A stretch of 32,000 nucleotides of DNA from Flavobacteriaceae bacterium (GCA_965224465.1 OZ245049.1:5209565-5241564), one strand, 5' to 3'; positions 18,186 to 27,664 are shown, counted from the first letter of the stretch. Made by a program: numbers and translations. The notes: generated by a model from the letters alone, not told the origin.

Positions 18186-20318
18186 ATGAAATCAACCACT
18201 CCCAATACATTTATTAGCGAATTTTTTAGCGAATCCTTACGTCGAAATTTTTGGCGATACCCAGTTCGAATGCGATCTTTTAAGGCATCTGCAAGTATGG
18301 CTTTATTATGTGTTCCTTTTGTCTTGTTAGGGTATTCTAATATTGGAGTAACCTTAGCATTAGGTGCGTTAGCAGGAGCTTTGGCTGAAACTAATGACCA
18401 CCCAAAAGGACGTTTAAAAGCATTGTTACTTACCGTGGCAAGTTTTATAGTTGCAAGTGTTTCGGTAGAAATTCTACGTCCTTATCCTATACTTTTTGCA
18501 ATAGGATTGGTAGGGTCTACCATCACTTTTATTGTAATTGGTGGTTTGAGTGATCGGTATCGAGGAATAAGTTTTGGGGCTATTTTAATTGTTATCTACT
18601 CTATGTTAGGATCAGAATTTAGTCCTAATTGGTATCACCAACCCTTGTATTTACCCCTAGGAGCCTTGTTTTATGGATTATTATCTTTGGGCTTATTATA
18701 CTTACATCCGTTTCGTTTATTAGAAGAAGAATTAGCAAATTCTTACCAAGCACTTGCGGCCTATATGAAAGAGAAATCCAAACTTTTTCCTAGTGATGAA
18801 CGCGTGCAAACAAAAATTAGAAATGGTCTTGCTGTACTCAATATTCAGGTGGTGAATTCCTTAGAAGAGTGCAGAAAGGTGATGAATAGTTATGAAAATG
18901 CAGTGCAAGATTTGGAAGTACTTAGACCGTATTTTCAGAAATTTATATTGGTTCAGAGTTTGCATGAACGTGCAGCCTCTAGTCATGAGAAATACGATGT
19001 GCTGAGTAAGGAAATTCACAATACAGAATTGATGGAAGGTTTGGGGCAATTATTACTCCAATTAGCTGCTGCTTGTACTCAGTTTTCGGATAATTTACTG
19101 ACACGTAATACCTATAAGCACCCCGTTGCGTTGTCATGGACAGTAAAAGCATTACAGGATCAAATAGAAGTTAAAAAAGAGATTCTTAATGAAAGTCTAA
19201 TCCTATTGTTTCGTAATTTAAAACAATCTCATAGATCCTTAAAAAACCTGAATTATAATATAAGTTTGGATGCCGTACCTCGTATTAAAAGAGAAGAACG
19301 TAGTGTTTGGGTGCGTTTAAAAGAAATATTGAATTGGAACCATCCAAGGTTGCGCTACGCAATCCGATTGAGTGTTTGTTTTTTACTGGGATATGTCTTG
19401 CTGCAATTATTTGATTTACCTAAGGGTGAATGGATTATTTTAACAAGTTTATTTGTTTGTCAACCTAGTTATAGCGAAACAAGAAAAAGACTTTTTCAAC
19501 GTATTTCTGGGACAATAATTGGCGTTGTAGGAGGCGTATTAGTCGTGCAATTATTACCTACAGTATTAGGGCAATTGTGTTTTTTAAGTGTGTCTTCTTA
19601 TTTATTCTTTTATTGGTTGCGTAAAAATTATTCAGTTGCGGTTATTTTTATTACGTTTTTTGTAATTGCTGCCTTTAATCTACTTGCCAATGAAGGGGTT
19701 GCCGTAATGGGACCTAGATTGCTCGATACTATAATTGGTGCTACGTTGGCAATAATAGTTGTGCGGTTATTATGGCCAGATTGGCAGCACAAACGATTGC
19801 CTAAATTATTAGCTACCGCCTTAGATAATAATACCGCCTATTTTAGAGCAATTGTACAGGAATACCACAAGGCAAGTACAGATGATTTATCATACAGAGA
19901 GGCCAGATTTAATGCACATCAATCTGATAATGCGTTGACCTTGGCTTGGCAAGGGATGAAAATGGAACCTAAAAAACACCAGAAATCTCAGGATTTAGCC
20001 TTTAGATTAACCTATTTAAACCATGCATTGGTCTCTTATTTGTCCGCTTTTGGGGCACATCGTACCAGTTCTTTTGAATTGACAGAGGATGTGGAACGAA
20101 TTTTATATCAAGTGGATAAAGCTTTAGATAAAACTTCTAATTATTTAAAAGGTGATAGTACAAATGAAACAGCTTCTAATTTACCCTATTTGTTAAATAA
20201 ATTATCCAATAGGTTAGATGCTATGGAAAGAGGTTCTCAACGCCAAAAAATGGTGCTATTGTACAATATCGCCGAGGTTACAAAGCAGCTTTCTGATCTT
20301 GCGAAAACAGATAGGTAA
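18186..20318 (+). CDS. YccS/YhfK (FUSC-like) family integral membrane protein
   Basis: 710-aa ORF with two blocks of about 5-6 TM helices, each followed by a long cytoplasmic helical region. This architecture and size are typical of YccS/fusaric-acid-resistance-like proteins. Confidence 0.85.
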   Translation: MKSTTPNTFISEFFSESLRRNFWRYPVRMRSFKASASMALLCVPFVLLGYSNIGVTLALGALAGALAETNDHPKGRLKALLLTVASFIVASVSVEILRPYPILFAIGLVGSTITFIVIGGLSDRYRGISFGAILIVIYSMLGSEFSPNWYHQPLYLPLGALFYGLLSLGLLYLHPFRLLEEELANSYQALAAYMKEKSKLFPSDERVQTKIRNGLAVLNIQVVNSLEECRKVMNSYENAVQDLEVLRPYFQKFILVQSLHERAASSHEKYDVLSKEIHNTELMEGLGQLLLQLAAACTQFSDNLLTRNTYKHPVALSWTVKALQDQIEVKKEILNESLILLFRNLKQSHRSLKNLNYNISLDAVPRIKREERSVWVRLKEILNWNHPRLRYAIRLSVCFLLGYVLLQLFDLPKGEWIILTSLFVCQPSYSETRKRLFQRISGTIIGVVGGVLVVQLLPTVLGQLCFLSVSSYLFFYWLRKNYSVAVIFITFFVIAAFNLLANEGVAVMGPRLLDTIIGATLAIIVVRLLWPDWQHKRLPKLLATALDNNTAYFRAIVQEYHKASTDDLSYREARFNAHQSDNALTLAWQGMKMEPKKHQKSQDLAFRLTYLNHALVSYLSAFGAHRTSSFELTEDVERILYQVDKALDKTSNYLKGDSTNETASNLPYLLNKLSNRLDAMERGSQRQKMVLLYNIAEVTKQLSDLAKTDR

Positions 20319-20362
20319 AACAGTTTTTTAGGTATTGAATGCTGTTTTTTTTGGGTACATAG

Positions 20363-20391
20363 CCCTAGTTATTGTTCTTTTTTATCTAGGG
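20363..20391 (+). repeat. Hairpin containing the repeat-family core
   Basis: ccctag-ttattgttcttttttat-ctaggg. The 6-bp stem encloses tattgttctttttta, which resembles the core tatcgttctgttttttaa. Lies 45 nt after the YccS-family stop. Confidence 0.45.
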
Positions 20392-20718
20392 AATAGAAAT
20401 CTAAAAAAAAACTGTACCTAACTTGATTTCTTAAGTCATTTATAGAGAGTGGTAAGATTATTTAATCCTTTACTAAGGGGGTAATTCTCTTGTCTTATGT
20501 TCGAATATAAAAGATTTTTGGGAGTGTTATTTTTAGTGTTGGATATAGTTTGTGTGTTTTTAAACATGTAACATCCTGTATTGTAGTTAGATATGTTGAT
20601 GTGTATATGGATAAATGCTATTTTTATTCGTATAGCATCTTACTATCGATAAAATATCTGATATTTGATTTTTAGTACGTGCTAAAAATCAGTTATTTAG
20701 GTATGAATTTTGTGTACA

Positions 20719-20726
20719 TAATTTTG
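20719..20726 (+). promoter_or_regulatory. -7 box TAatTTTG for the histidine kinase/response regulator operon
   Basis: Exact TAnnTTTG match that ends 9 nt before the ATG at 20736. This supports the shorter start over the track start at 20679. Confidence 0.5.
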
Positions 20727-20735
20727 TTTTTTCCT

Positions 20736-22505
20736 ATGAAAAAGATATTCGTTTATTTTTTATTGTTATGTAGTACCTCTGCAATTTCTCAAAGCAAGGT
20801 TCTGGAAGTTTTATTGCATAAGGTGAATACTTCTCCTGTGGAAGCGATTATGTATGCAGATAGCATTTTGCTCCCTAAAAACAAGTTAACTAAAAAGGAA
20901 ATTCGCATTATTAAATACTATAAGGCGGTTGCGTATCAAGGGACTAAAAATCATTTAAAAACACTTGAAATATTAAAAAGTATTGTTCTTAAGTTTGATG
21001 CATCGGACACCTATTTTGTAAAAATTTTAATTGTACAGGCGCACTCAAACTCAGCACTTAAAAACTACACAAAAGCTACAAGTCAGGCCTTACGAGCGTT
21101 GGATATTGCAAGCGAAAATAAATTGTATAGTCTAGTTGCATCTGCATATTCAACACTGTCTTATATTGAGTATTCTAATATGAAGTACACAAATTCTTAT
21201 GAGTACTTATTGAAGTCTATAGCTTATCAGCATAAAGAAAAGGACAGCACCTTATTATCTGCAACATATAATAATTTAGCTATTATTTATAGGAGAATTG
21301 GATTCTTTAAGGAGGCTTTAGAGGTGAGTGAAAAATCGTTGGAAATTGATTTAAAACTACAAAACAACGCTAATATTGGGAGTTCATATTGTAATATAGC
21401 GGACTCTTATTTGTTGTTGAATGATAGGGAAAAAGCAAAAGAGTATTTCTTAAAAGCGATTGTACATAATTTTAAAGCAAAAATCACCAATAGTGTTCCC
21501 TATCAAAACATCGGGGATTTGTATTATAAAATGGGGAATTATACAGATTCACATTTTAATTATTTAAAAGCATTAGACATAGAAATTAAAAATAAGAATC
21601 AATTTCGCATCACTAATCTGTACGATCAATTGTTGGTAATTGCTATTAAATTAAAGGATTTTGATAAGGTGTTTTTGTACAAGACAAAGTTTGATTCAAT
21701 ACAACAATTAAATTTGATTCAAGAAGGAAATGAAAAAGTCGAAATGCTTGAAAAACAACATGCGTTATTTTGGAAAGAAAAAGAACTCTTACAGGTTAAG
21801 GAACTTAACTCTAAGAATAAAATTATTTTTATTATAGTGTTGTTATTGGTTTTACTGGGGATATTGTTGTTGTTTCTTAAGATTAAGAATAACACTCTTT
21901 TTTATGCCAAAGAAAAATTAATTCTTGAACAAACAGTACTGAGGTCTCAAATGAATCCTCATTTTATATTTAATGCCTTAGCCGCTATCCAAAACAGCTT
22001 ATTGGAAAACAATCCTTTAAAATCGGCTTCTTATATAGCCAGGTTTTCAAAGTTAATCAGACAAAATTTTGATTTTGTTGATAAAAAAATAATACCGTTA
22101 TCTGATGAAATTGATGCGCTAAAAAATTACATGGATACGCAACAACTACGTTTTAGTAACCGTTTTGAATATAAAATAGTGCTGCTAGATAACCTAGATG
22201 TAGACACGGTAGAGATTCCTCCTTTATTAATACAGCCATTTGTTGAAAATGCGATTGAACATGGTTTTAAAAATAAAAAAGAGAAAGGGAGTATAGAACT
22301 GATTATCTCTAAAGGAGATGGTGTTGTTTTATATGAAATTAAAGACAATGGCAATTACCAAGACCATATTAAAAATGATGGAAGAGTGCATGCAATTGAT
22401 ATTTTTAAGAAGCGGTTAAAATTAAGAGAGTATAAAGAAGAGCAATCGTTTTTAATTACTGCTTCATCGGAAGGTACCAGCGTTAAATTTTCACTAAAGT
22501 TATGA
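20736..22505 (+). CDS. TPR-repeat sensor histidine kinase, LytS/YehU-type (His_kinase domain)
   Basis: Start moved to MKKIFVYFLLLCSTSAISQ, a signal-like N-terminus. Then TPR-like repeats (YNNLAIIYRRIGFFKEALE...), one TM (IIFIIVLLLVLLGILLLFL), the LytS-type H-box MNPHFIFNALAAIQ and an ATPase region with PPLLIQPFVENAIEHG. Confidence 0.88.
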   Translation: MKKIFVYFLLLCSTSAISQSKVLEVLLHKVNTSPVEAIMYADSILLPKNKLTKKEIRIIKYYKAVAYQGTKNHLKTLEILKSIVLKFDASDTYFVKILIVQAHSNSALKNYTKATSQALRALDIASENKLYSLVASAYSTLSYIEYSNMKYTNSYEYLLKSIAYQHKEKDSTLLSATYNNLAIIYRRIGFFKEALEVSEKSLEIDLKLQNNANIGSSYCNIADSYLLLNDREKAKEYFLKAIVHNFKAKITNSVPYQNIGDLYYKMGNYTDSHFNYLKALDIEIKNKNQFRITNLYDQLLVIAIKLKDFDKVFLYKTKFDSIQQLNLIQEGNEKVEMLEKQHALFWKEKELLQVKELNSKNKIIFIIVLLLVLLGILLLFLKIKNNTLFYAKEKLILEQTVLRSQMNPHFIFNALAAIQNSLLENNPLKSASYIARFSKLIRQNFDFVDKKIIPLSDEIDALKNYMDTQQLRFSNRFEYKIVLLDNLDVDTVEIPPLLIQPFVENAIEHGFKNKKEKGSIELIISKGDGVVLYEIKDNGNYQDHIKNDGRVHAIDIFKKRLKLREYKEEQSFLITASSEGTSVKFSLKL

Positions 22506-23239
22506 TTACAGCACTTATTATAGAAGACGAAATTAATGCGAGAGCTGCCTTGAGAAAAATGATTCATTTAATGGCTCCAGAAATTAAAATTCTCGCAGAA
22601 ACTGGTTTTGTAAAAGAAGGCGTACAATTGATAGAACTGCACAAACCTAGCATTGTTTTTATGGATATAGAATTAGAAGATGGGGCTAGTTTTGAAATAT
22701 TGACGCAACTTAAAGTTATTGATTTTAAAATTATTTTTACGACTGCTTATAATCAATTTGCTATAAAAGCATTTAAGTATAGTACCATAGACTATTTATT
22801 AAAACCGATTGATCCTTTGGAATTAGAAGTGGCTTTAAAGAAAGCTATTGAGACTGTGAATTTCGAATTCCAACATCATAAATTATTAGAAGTACTTCAA
22901 CATAATTTAAATAATAGTGAACCTACTATTGTTTTGAAAACATCGGACTATCAGTATGTGGTCTTTTTAAAAGATATTATTCGTTTAGAGGCTGATGGTG
23001 CTTATACAACGTTTATTACGGTGAGTCAAAAAATAGTAATGTCAAAGAATATAAAGTTTTATCAACAGATCCTAGAAGATGGCTTTATGCGTTGTCACCA
23101 GTCTCATTTAGTAAATTTGAGTCAAGTGAAAGGGGTTTTAAAGAATTCGTTTTTAGAAATGTCTAATGCGGATATGGTACCAATTTCTACACGTAAAAAA
23201 ACGATGATTCAGGCATACCTAGCAGGTTCTAAACGCTAG
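22502..23239 (+). CDS. LytTR-family response regulator (REC plus LytTR DNA-binding domain)
   Basis: 245-aa ORF with receiver features ALIIEDE and FMDIEL (phospho-acceptor Asp) and a C-terminal LytTR region (IIRLEADGAYTTFIT...RCHQSHLVNL). Its ATGA start overlaps the kinase stop. Confidence 0.92.
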   Translation: MITALIIEDEINARAALRKMIHLMAPEIKILAETGFVKEGVQLIELHKPSIVFMDIELEDGASFEILTQLKVIDFKIIFTTAYNQFAIKAFKYSTIDYLLKPIDPLELEVALKKAIETVNFEFQHHKLLEVLQHNLNNSEPTIVLKTSDYQYVVFLKDIIRLEADGAYTTFITVSQKIVMSKNIKFYQQILEDGFMRCHQSHLVNLSQVKGVLKNSFLEMSNADMVPISTRKKTMIQAYLAGSKR

Positions 23240-23335
23240 GAATTGATTTTTAGTTGCGCTTATAAAACATATAGGTACGCTTATAAATTATTTTTTCTAC
23301 TCCCTTTTGATTTCTATAGGTTTGCTATAGAAATA

Positions 23336-23500
23336 ATATCAAATACATTTTCAAGTGACGGTTTAATAATGGAATTCTTTTTTGTTTTAGCGAAGCAAAA
23401 AGTCTAAGGATAGCCTTAGTTATCGTTCTATTGTTTAACAATACTAGAACGTAAAACAACCTATTTATATCGGTTATTTTGGATTGTAATTGGTTATAAG
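23336..23500 (+). repeat. Intergenic repeat family, full-length copy C (~165 bp)
   Basis: atatcaaatacattttcaagtgacggtttaataatggaattcttttttgttttagcgaagc...ctaaggatagccttag...tatcgttctattgtttaacaatactagaacgtaaaacaacctatttatatcggttattttggattgtaattggttataag. Confidence 0.9.
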
Positions 23501-23851
23501 TACCATTCAAACGTTTATTTCTTTTTTATTGATGTATTGCTTATTCTCTTTTTGTTTTTTAGAAAAAAATAAAGATAACAAAGAGATAGGGCTTTGGTTG
23601 AGAACTATTTTAGGGAAATGTCAGTTTTTGTTTGCCCTTATTCTTTTAATGTTGGGAGGAGTATATATGTTGTTGCATTAGAATTGAAATTAGGTATGAT
23701 TATATAAAAAACAAATGGGGAATTGAAATGTTAGAAAAAGAATTATTTAAGTACAGGTGACAAAAAAAATGTTAGGAAAAAGTTTTTACTGTAAAAGATT
23801 AAGGAGGGGTCTTGAATATTGCTATGAAAAGGAATCCCTCCGCTATCTTTT

Positions 23852-23881
23852 ATACCCAATACGTTTCCAAGTGACGGTTTT
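23852..23881 (+). repeat. Fragment of the repeat family (5' module)
   Basis: atacccaatacgtttccaagtgacggtttt matches the first ~30 nt of the full-length copies. It lies in the non-coding leader upstream of the ankyrin gene. Confidence 0.65.
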
Positions 23882-23954
23882 CTCTGGAAGTGTTAAAGAA
23901 TATAATATCGTTAAGAAATACAACTATAATATCAATATAATTAATAGGAATACA

Positions 23955-24794
23955 ATGTTTAAAAATATATTTAAAAAATCAATATACGGAATGCTTTTCT
24001 TTTTTATGATTTATGGAGGATCTGTATACTCACAATCAAATCAGGATTCTAAAACCTATATAAAATTAGCTAGATTGATTGATAAGAATGCCGTAAGTAA
24101 ATTTCGTAATGCATTTACAAAAGCGGATTTTGATCCAAATTATATTCCTGTAAAAAAGTATAAAAAGTGTTTGTTTTCTCTTGCAGCTATCAAAGGAAAT
24201 ATAGAAATAGCTCGGTTTTTATTAACAAAAGGCGCTGCTATTAATACAATAGATAGGTACACAACTGCCATGCATAAATGCTTGAAAGGGAAGCACTATA
24301 AATTCGGATTTTTTTTACTAGAAAATGGTTTTGATCCTTCTTTGGAAGAAAAAAATAAGAGGAACAAATTACCTTTAAATGTTATTTCTGCTAGATCATT
24401 GTGTGAAAATAATGAAGGGATGGAACTCTTTGAGGCATTATTACTTAAAGGAATGAATCCGAATCTTTCGGCTAGGGATGGAGCTACAGCACTTTTATTA
24501 GCAGTGTATTATGATAAACCTGAAATAATTGAAATGCTTTATTCCAACGGTGCTGATATGAATTATGGAGTTCATCCACTAAAAATAAGCCCAACTAGTA
24601 TTAAAGATGATGTAGTTGAAAATAATTTCACTCCGTTGATGGTCGCTGTTTTTTATAATAAAGAGCGAATTGTAAAACAGTTACTTTGTTATGAGAACGT
24701 AGATAAAATGTTGCGTGGTACTTTAAATAATATGACAGCATTTGAGTTAGCTCAAGAAGCGGATAATTTTTTGATAGCAGGGTTGTTAAAGTAA
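23955..24794 (+). CDS. secreted ankyrin-repeat protein
   Basis: Start moved to MFKNIFKKSIYGMLFFFMIYGGSVYSQ (signal peptide); the track's upstream extension contains a repeat fragment. ANK-like repeats include LFSLAAIKGNIEIARFLLTKGAAIN, GATALLLAVYYDKPEIIEMLYSNGADMN and FTPLMVAVFYNKERIVKQLL. Confidence 0.82.
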   Translation: MFKNIFKKSIYGMLFFFMIYGGSVYSQSNQDSKTYIKLARLIDKNAVSKFRNAFTKADFDPNYIPVKKYKKCLFSLAAIKGNIEIARFLLTKGAAINTIDRYTTAMHKCLKGKHYKFGFFLLENGFDPSLEEKNKRNKLPLNVISARSLCENNEGMELFEALLLKGMNPNLSARDGATALLLAVYYDKPEIIEMLYSNGADMNYGVHPLKISPTSIKDDVVENNFTPLMVAVFYNKERIVKQLLCYENVDKMLRGTLNNMTAFELAQEADNFLIAGLLK

Positions 24795-24954
24795 TTCCAA
24801 ACACATCTCTAAGTGACGTTTTAGGGATGGACTTAATTTTGTTTAGTTAGGTGGAAAATTTAAGGATAGCCTTAGCGATCGTTCTGTTTTTTAACAAGGA
24901 AAGCACGTAAAACAAACTATTTATATCGATCATTTTGGATTGTAATTGTATAAG
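24795..24954 (+). repeat. Intergenic repeat family, full-length copy D (~160 bp, most diverged)
   Basis: ttccaaacacatctctaagtgacgttttagggatggacttaattttgtttagttaggtgg...ttaaggatagccttag...cgatcgttctgttttttaacaaggaaagcacgtaaaacaaactatttatatcgatcattttggattgtaattgtataag. Begins at the base after the ankyrin stop codon. Confidence 0.85.
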
Positions 24955-25130
24955 TTCAAGGATTACGACGGTTGAATTAAGAACAAGTTCCCCCTGTGTT
25001 GGATGGTTTTTTAGAGGGGTTTCTCGAAATAGAACATAGTCTTTCGTAAGTATACCTCGTACTCTTGGGCTGAGATTGTTTATTTGAAGTATAGATAAGA
25101 AGCATATTTTGTTTATATTTAAATAAAAAA

Positions 25131-25703
25131 ATGAACGTAACACCTGAAACAATTTTTAGTATCCTGCTAGGAATAGGACTGGCAGCCTCTGTTGGATTCC
25201 GTATTTTTGTACCACTATTTTCTTTGAGTTTGGCTGCGTATTTTGGAATCATACCTTTAAATGAATCTTGGGTTTGGGTGGGGAGTTCTGTGGCTATTAT
25301 TGTTTTAGGAGTTGCTACGGCAGTGGAGATATTGGCTTATTTTATTCCTTTTATTGACAATATGTTAGATGCCATAGCGGTACCATTGGCAGCCGTTGCT
25401 GGCACCGCAGTTATGATGGCGACCATATCGGATGTAGACCCTAGTATTACATGGGCATTGGCCATTATTGCTGGAGGAGGCACAGCCGCCGCAATCAAAG
25501 GAAGTACAAGCGTCACACGTTTGACCTCTTCTGCTACAACAGTAGGAATTGGAAACCCAGTGATTGCAACAGTGGAAACAGGATCTGCTGTAGCGATGTC
25601 TGTGACAGCATTATTTTTTCCAATCATTGCATTTATTTTTGTAGGTTTGATATTTTGGCTTATTTTTAAGGTTTTTAAAGTATTCAGTCCTAAAACCCGC
25701 TAA
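25131..25703 (+). CDS. DUF4126-family integral membrane protein
   Basis: 190-aa Ala/Gly/Ile-rich polytopic ORF. GLAASVGFRIFVPLFSLSLAA...EILAYFIPFIDNMLDAIAVPLA resembles DUF4126; assignment from memory. Confidence 0.8.
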   Translation: MNVTPETIFSILLGIGLAASVGFRIFVPLFSLSLAAYFGIIPLNESWVWVGSSVAIIVLGVATAVEILAYFIPFIDNMLDAIAVPLAAVAGTAVMMATISDVDPSITWALAIIAGGGTAAAIKGSTSVTRLTSSATTVGIGNPVIATVETGSAVAMSVTALFFPIIAFIFVGLIFWLIFKVFKVFSPKTR

Positions 25704-26171
25704 ATGAACAAATTTATTCCAAGTGCCTTTTTTAAGTTATTACAAGCCATTCATATTGGTATGATGTTGAGTCTGATTTTTTTGAGCCTTTTACTCTTTA
25801 TATTTTTGAAGGAAGCTTTGAATCTTGATTTTGATGGGAATAGGACATTTATGTTTATGGCATTGATTATAGGCTATGGAGGTAAATTTTCAGGTAAAAT
25901 AATGTTTCGTAAGCTGATGCGTCAACTTCCGTTTAAGGCAGGATTAGCATTGAAATTAGAGAAGTATAAAGTCGCGCATATTGTGCGATTGGCGATGTTA
26001 GAATTCCCTGCATTTATGTGTTTGTACTTTACCTATGTCACTAATAATAGCTTTTATTTGCTAATTGTTGGCTTGTTGGTTTTTATGATGTTGACGGTAT
26101 TTCCATCGCGAAACCGATTTAGTGACGAAGTAGAATTAAATAACGATGAAAAAACACAACTTTTTCGCTAG
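25704..26171 (+). CDS. hypothetical membrane protein (155 aa, about 4 TM)
   Basis: The ATG immediately follows the TAA of the DUF4126 gene. Hydrophobic segments are consistent with a membrane protein. No motif recognised. Confidence 0.65.
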   Translation: MNKFIPSAFFKLLQAIHIGMMLSLIFLSLLLFIFLKEALNLDFDGNRTFMFMALIIGYGGKFSGKIMFRKLMRQLPFKAGLALKLEKYKVAHIVRLAMLEFPAFMCLYFTYVTNNSFYLLIVGLLVFMMLTVFPSRNRFSDEVELNNDEKTQLFR

Positions 26172-26190
26172 AAGTCCTGTAGTTTTTTGA

Positions 26191-26198
26191 TATTTTTG
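26191..26198 (+). promoter_or_regulatory. -7 box TAttTTTG for hisS
   Basis: Exact TAnnTTTG match 25 nt upstream of the ATG at 26223. It lies inside the track's TTG-started N-terminal extension, which argues for the 26223 start. Confidence 0.5.
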
Positions 26199-26222
26199 TA
26201 CTTCATACAGAATTTGTACAAA

Positions 26223-27596
26223 ATGGCACAAAAACCAGGGATCCCAAAAGGGACTAGAGATTTTTCTCCAACTGAAATCGCAAAGCGTAACTATATATTT
26301 TCAATCATTCGTTCTACATTTGAAACCTTTGGATTTCAACCGATAGAAACACCTTCCTTTGAAAATTCGTCAACCCTTATGGGGAAATACGGAGAAGAGG
26401 GAGATCGATTGATCTTTAAAATTTTGAATTCAGGAGATTATTTGAAAAAAGTAGATGCAGATTTATTAGTCGCAAAAGAAAGTACGAAGTTGATTTCTAA
26501 AATTTCTGAAAAGGCGTTGCGTTATGACTTAACTGTTCCTTTTGCAAGGTATGTTGTGCAGCATCAAAACGACATTGTTTTTCCGTTTAAACGGTATCAG
26601 ATTCAACCAGTTTGGCGTGCAGATAGACCTCAGAAAGGACGTTTTCGTGAATTTTATCAATGCGATGCCGATGTTGTAGGAAGTAAAGGATTGTGGCAAG
26701 AAGTGGAATTTGTACAATTATATGATGCCGTATTTACAGCCTTAAAATTGGTCGGTACAACCATTAAATTGAACAACAGAAAAATTTTATCTGGGATTGC
26801 TGAAATTATAGGAGCTAAAGATAAATTGATTGACTTTACAGTAGCTCTAGATAAATTAGATAAGATTGGTGAAGAAGGAGTTACTAAGGAAATGCTCTCC
26901 AAAGGGATATCCGAAGATGCTATTCAAAAAATACAACCCCTATTTAGTTTTAAAGGAACAAATACAGAGAAACTAGCCCAATTAGAAAATATGTTAACGG
27001 ATTCCGAAGAAGGATTAAAAGGAGTTCAGGAATTGCGTTTTATTATTAGTTCGGTCGAAGAATTAGGCTTGGAAACAACAAATCTAACCATTGATGTAAC
27101 CTTGGCGAGAGGGTTAAATTATTACACAGGAGCTATCTATGAAGTTGCTGCTCCAGAAGGTGTCAAAATGGGATCCATCGGAGGTGGAGGTCGTTACGAT
27201 GATCTGACAGGTATTTTTGGTTTAAAAGATATGAGTGGCGTTGGGATTTCTTTTGGACTGGATAGAATATATTTAGTACTTGAAGAATTGAACCTGTTGT
27301 CGGAAGTAGCATTAGCAAAACCGAAAGTTTTATTCGTTAATTTTGGAGACAAAGAAGCGTTGTATTGTATGAAAGCTATTTCTCAATTACGTGCCAACGG
27401 GATTAAAACTGAATTGTTTCCAGAAGCAGCAAAACAGAAAAAACAACTAAATTACGCCAATAAACGAATGATTCCCTTTGTAGTATTTGCAGGAGCTTCT
27501 GAAATTGAAAATGGAGTTTTTAAATTAAAAAATATGGAAACAGGGGATCAAGAAGTGTGTGATTTAGAGACATTGATTTCAGTTATTAATCAATAA
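26223..27596 (+). CDS. hisS: histidine--tRNA ligase
   Basis: Start set at [14 protein letters not shown], the canonical HisRS N-terminus. Class II motifs are present: [12 protein letters not shown]-like ([12 protein letters not shown]), [25 protein letters not shown] and GGGGRYD. Confidence 0.95.
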   Translation: MAQKPGIPKGTRDFSPTEIAKRNYIFSIIRSTFETFGFQPIETPSFENSSTLMGKYGEEGDRLIFKILNSGDYLKKVDADLLVAKESTKLISKISEKALRYDLTVPFARYVVQHQNDIVFPFKRYQIQPVWRADRPQKGRFREFYQCDADVVGSKGLWQEVEFVQLYDAVFTALKLVGTTIKLNNRKILSGIAEIIGAKDKLIDFTVALDKLDKIGEEGVTKEMLSKGISEDAIQKIQPLFSFKGTNTEKLAQLENMLTDSEEGLKGVQELRFIISSVEELGLETTNLTIDVTLARGLNYYTGAIYEVAAPEGVKMGSIGGGGRYDDLTGIFGLKDMSGVGISFGLDRIYLVLEELNLLSEVALAKPKVLFVNFGDKEALYCMKAISQLRANGIKTELFPEAAKQKKQLNYANKRMIPFVVFAGASEIENGVFKLKNMETGDQEVCDLETLISVINQ

Positions 27597-27638
27597 ATAA
27601 AGCTTATTAAAGCCGCAGATTTGTACTACAATTTATCG

Positions 27639-27646
27639 TACATTTG
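27639..27646 (+). promoter_or_regulatory. -7 box TAcaTTTG for folE
   Basis: Exact TAnnTTTG match 18 nt upstream of the ATG at 27665. A TTTG at 27620-27623 could be the -33 element. Confidence 0.5.
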
Positions 27647-27664
27647 TGGGCTAATTACTAGAAC

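Noticed and set aside
20317-20352. Possible terminator after the YccS-family gene (aaaacag-N18-ctgtttt followed by a T-run).
   Set aside because: The stem is only 7 bp, A/T-rich, and has an 18-nt loop. That is too weak to call with confidence, and the nearby repeat-core hairpin may be the relevant 3' structure.
20679-20735. N-terminal extensions proposed by the ORF track for the histidine kinase (20679), the ankyrin protein (23757, GTG) and hisS (26187, TTG).
   Set aside because: Each extension contains a non-coding feature: an exact -7 promoter box at 20719 and at 26191, and a repeat fragment at 23852. In each case an internal ATG gives a canonical N-terminus, either a signal peptide or [14 protein letters not shown].
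23490-23681. 63-aa ORF (TTG start inside repeat copy C; first ATG at 23532) encoding a two-helix hydrophobic peptide between the response regulator and the ankyrin gene.
   Set aside because: There is no ATG at the annotated start, the ORF overlaps the repeat, and it has no recognisable motif or promoter box. It could be real, but the sequence alone does not support calling it.
25131-26171. The tightly coupled DUF4126 gene and 155-aa membrane gene as a possible novel two-gene membrane system.
   Set aside because: Adjacency with no gap is the only evidence. Both look like ordinary conserved hypothetical membrane proteins next to hisS, with no enzymatic or defence-related motifs. There is nothing in the sequence to build a hypothesis on.
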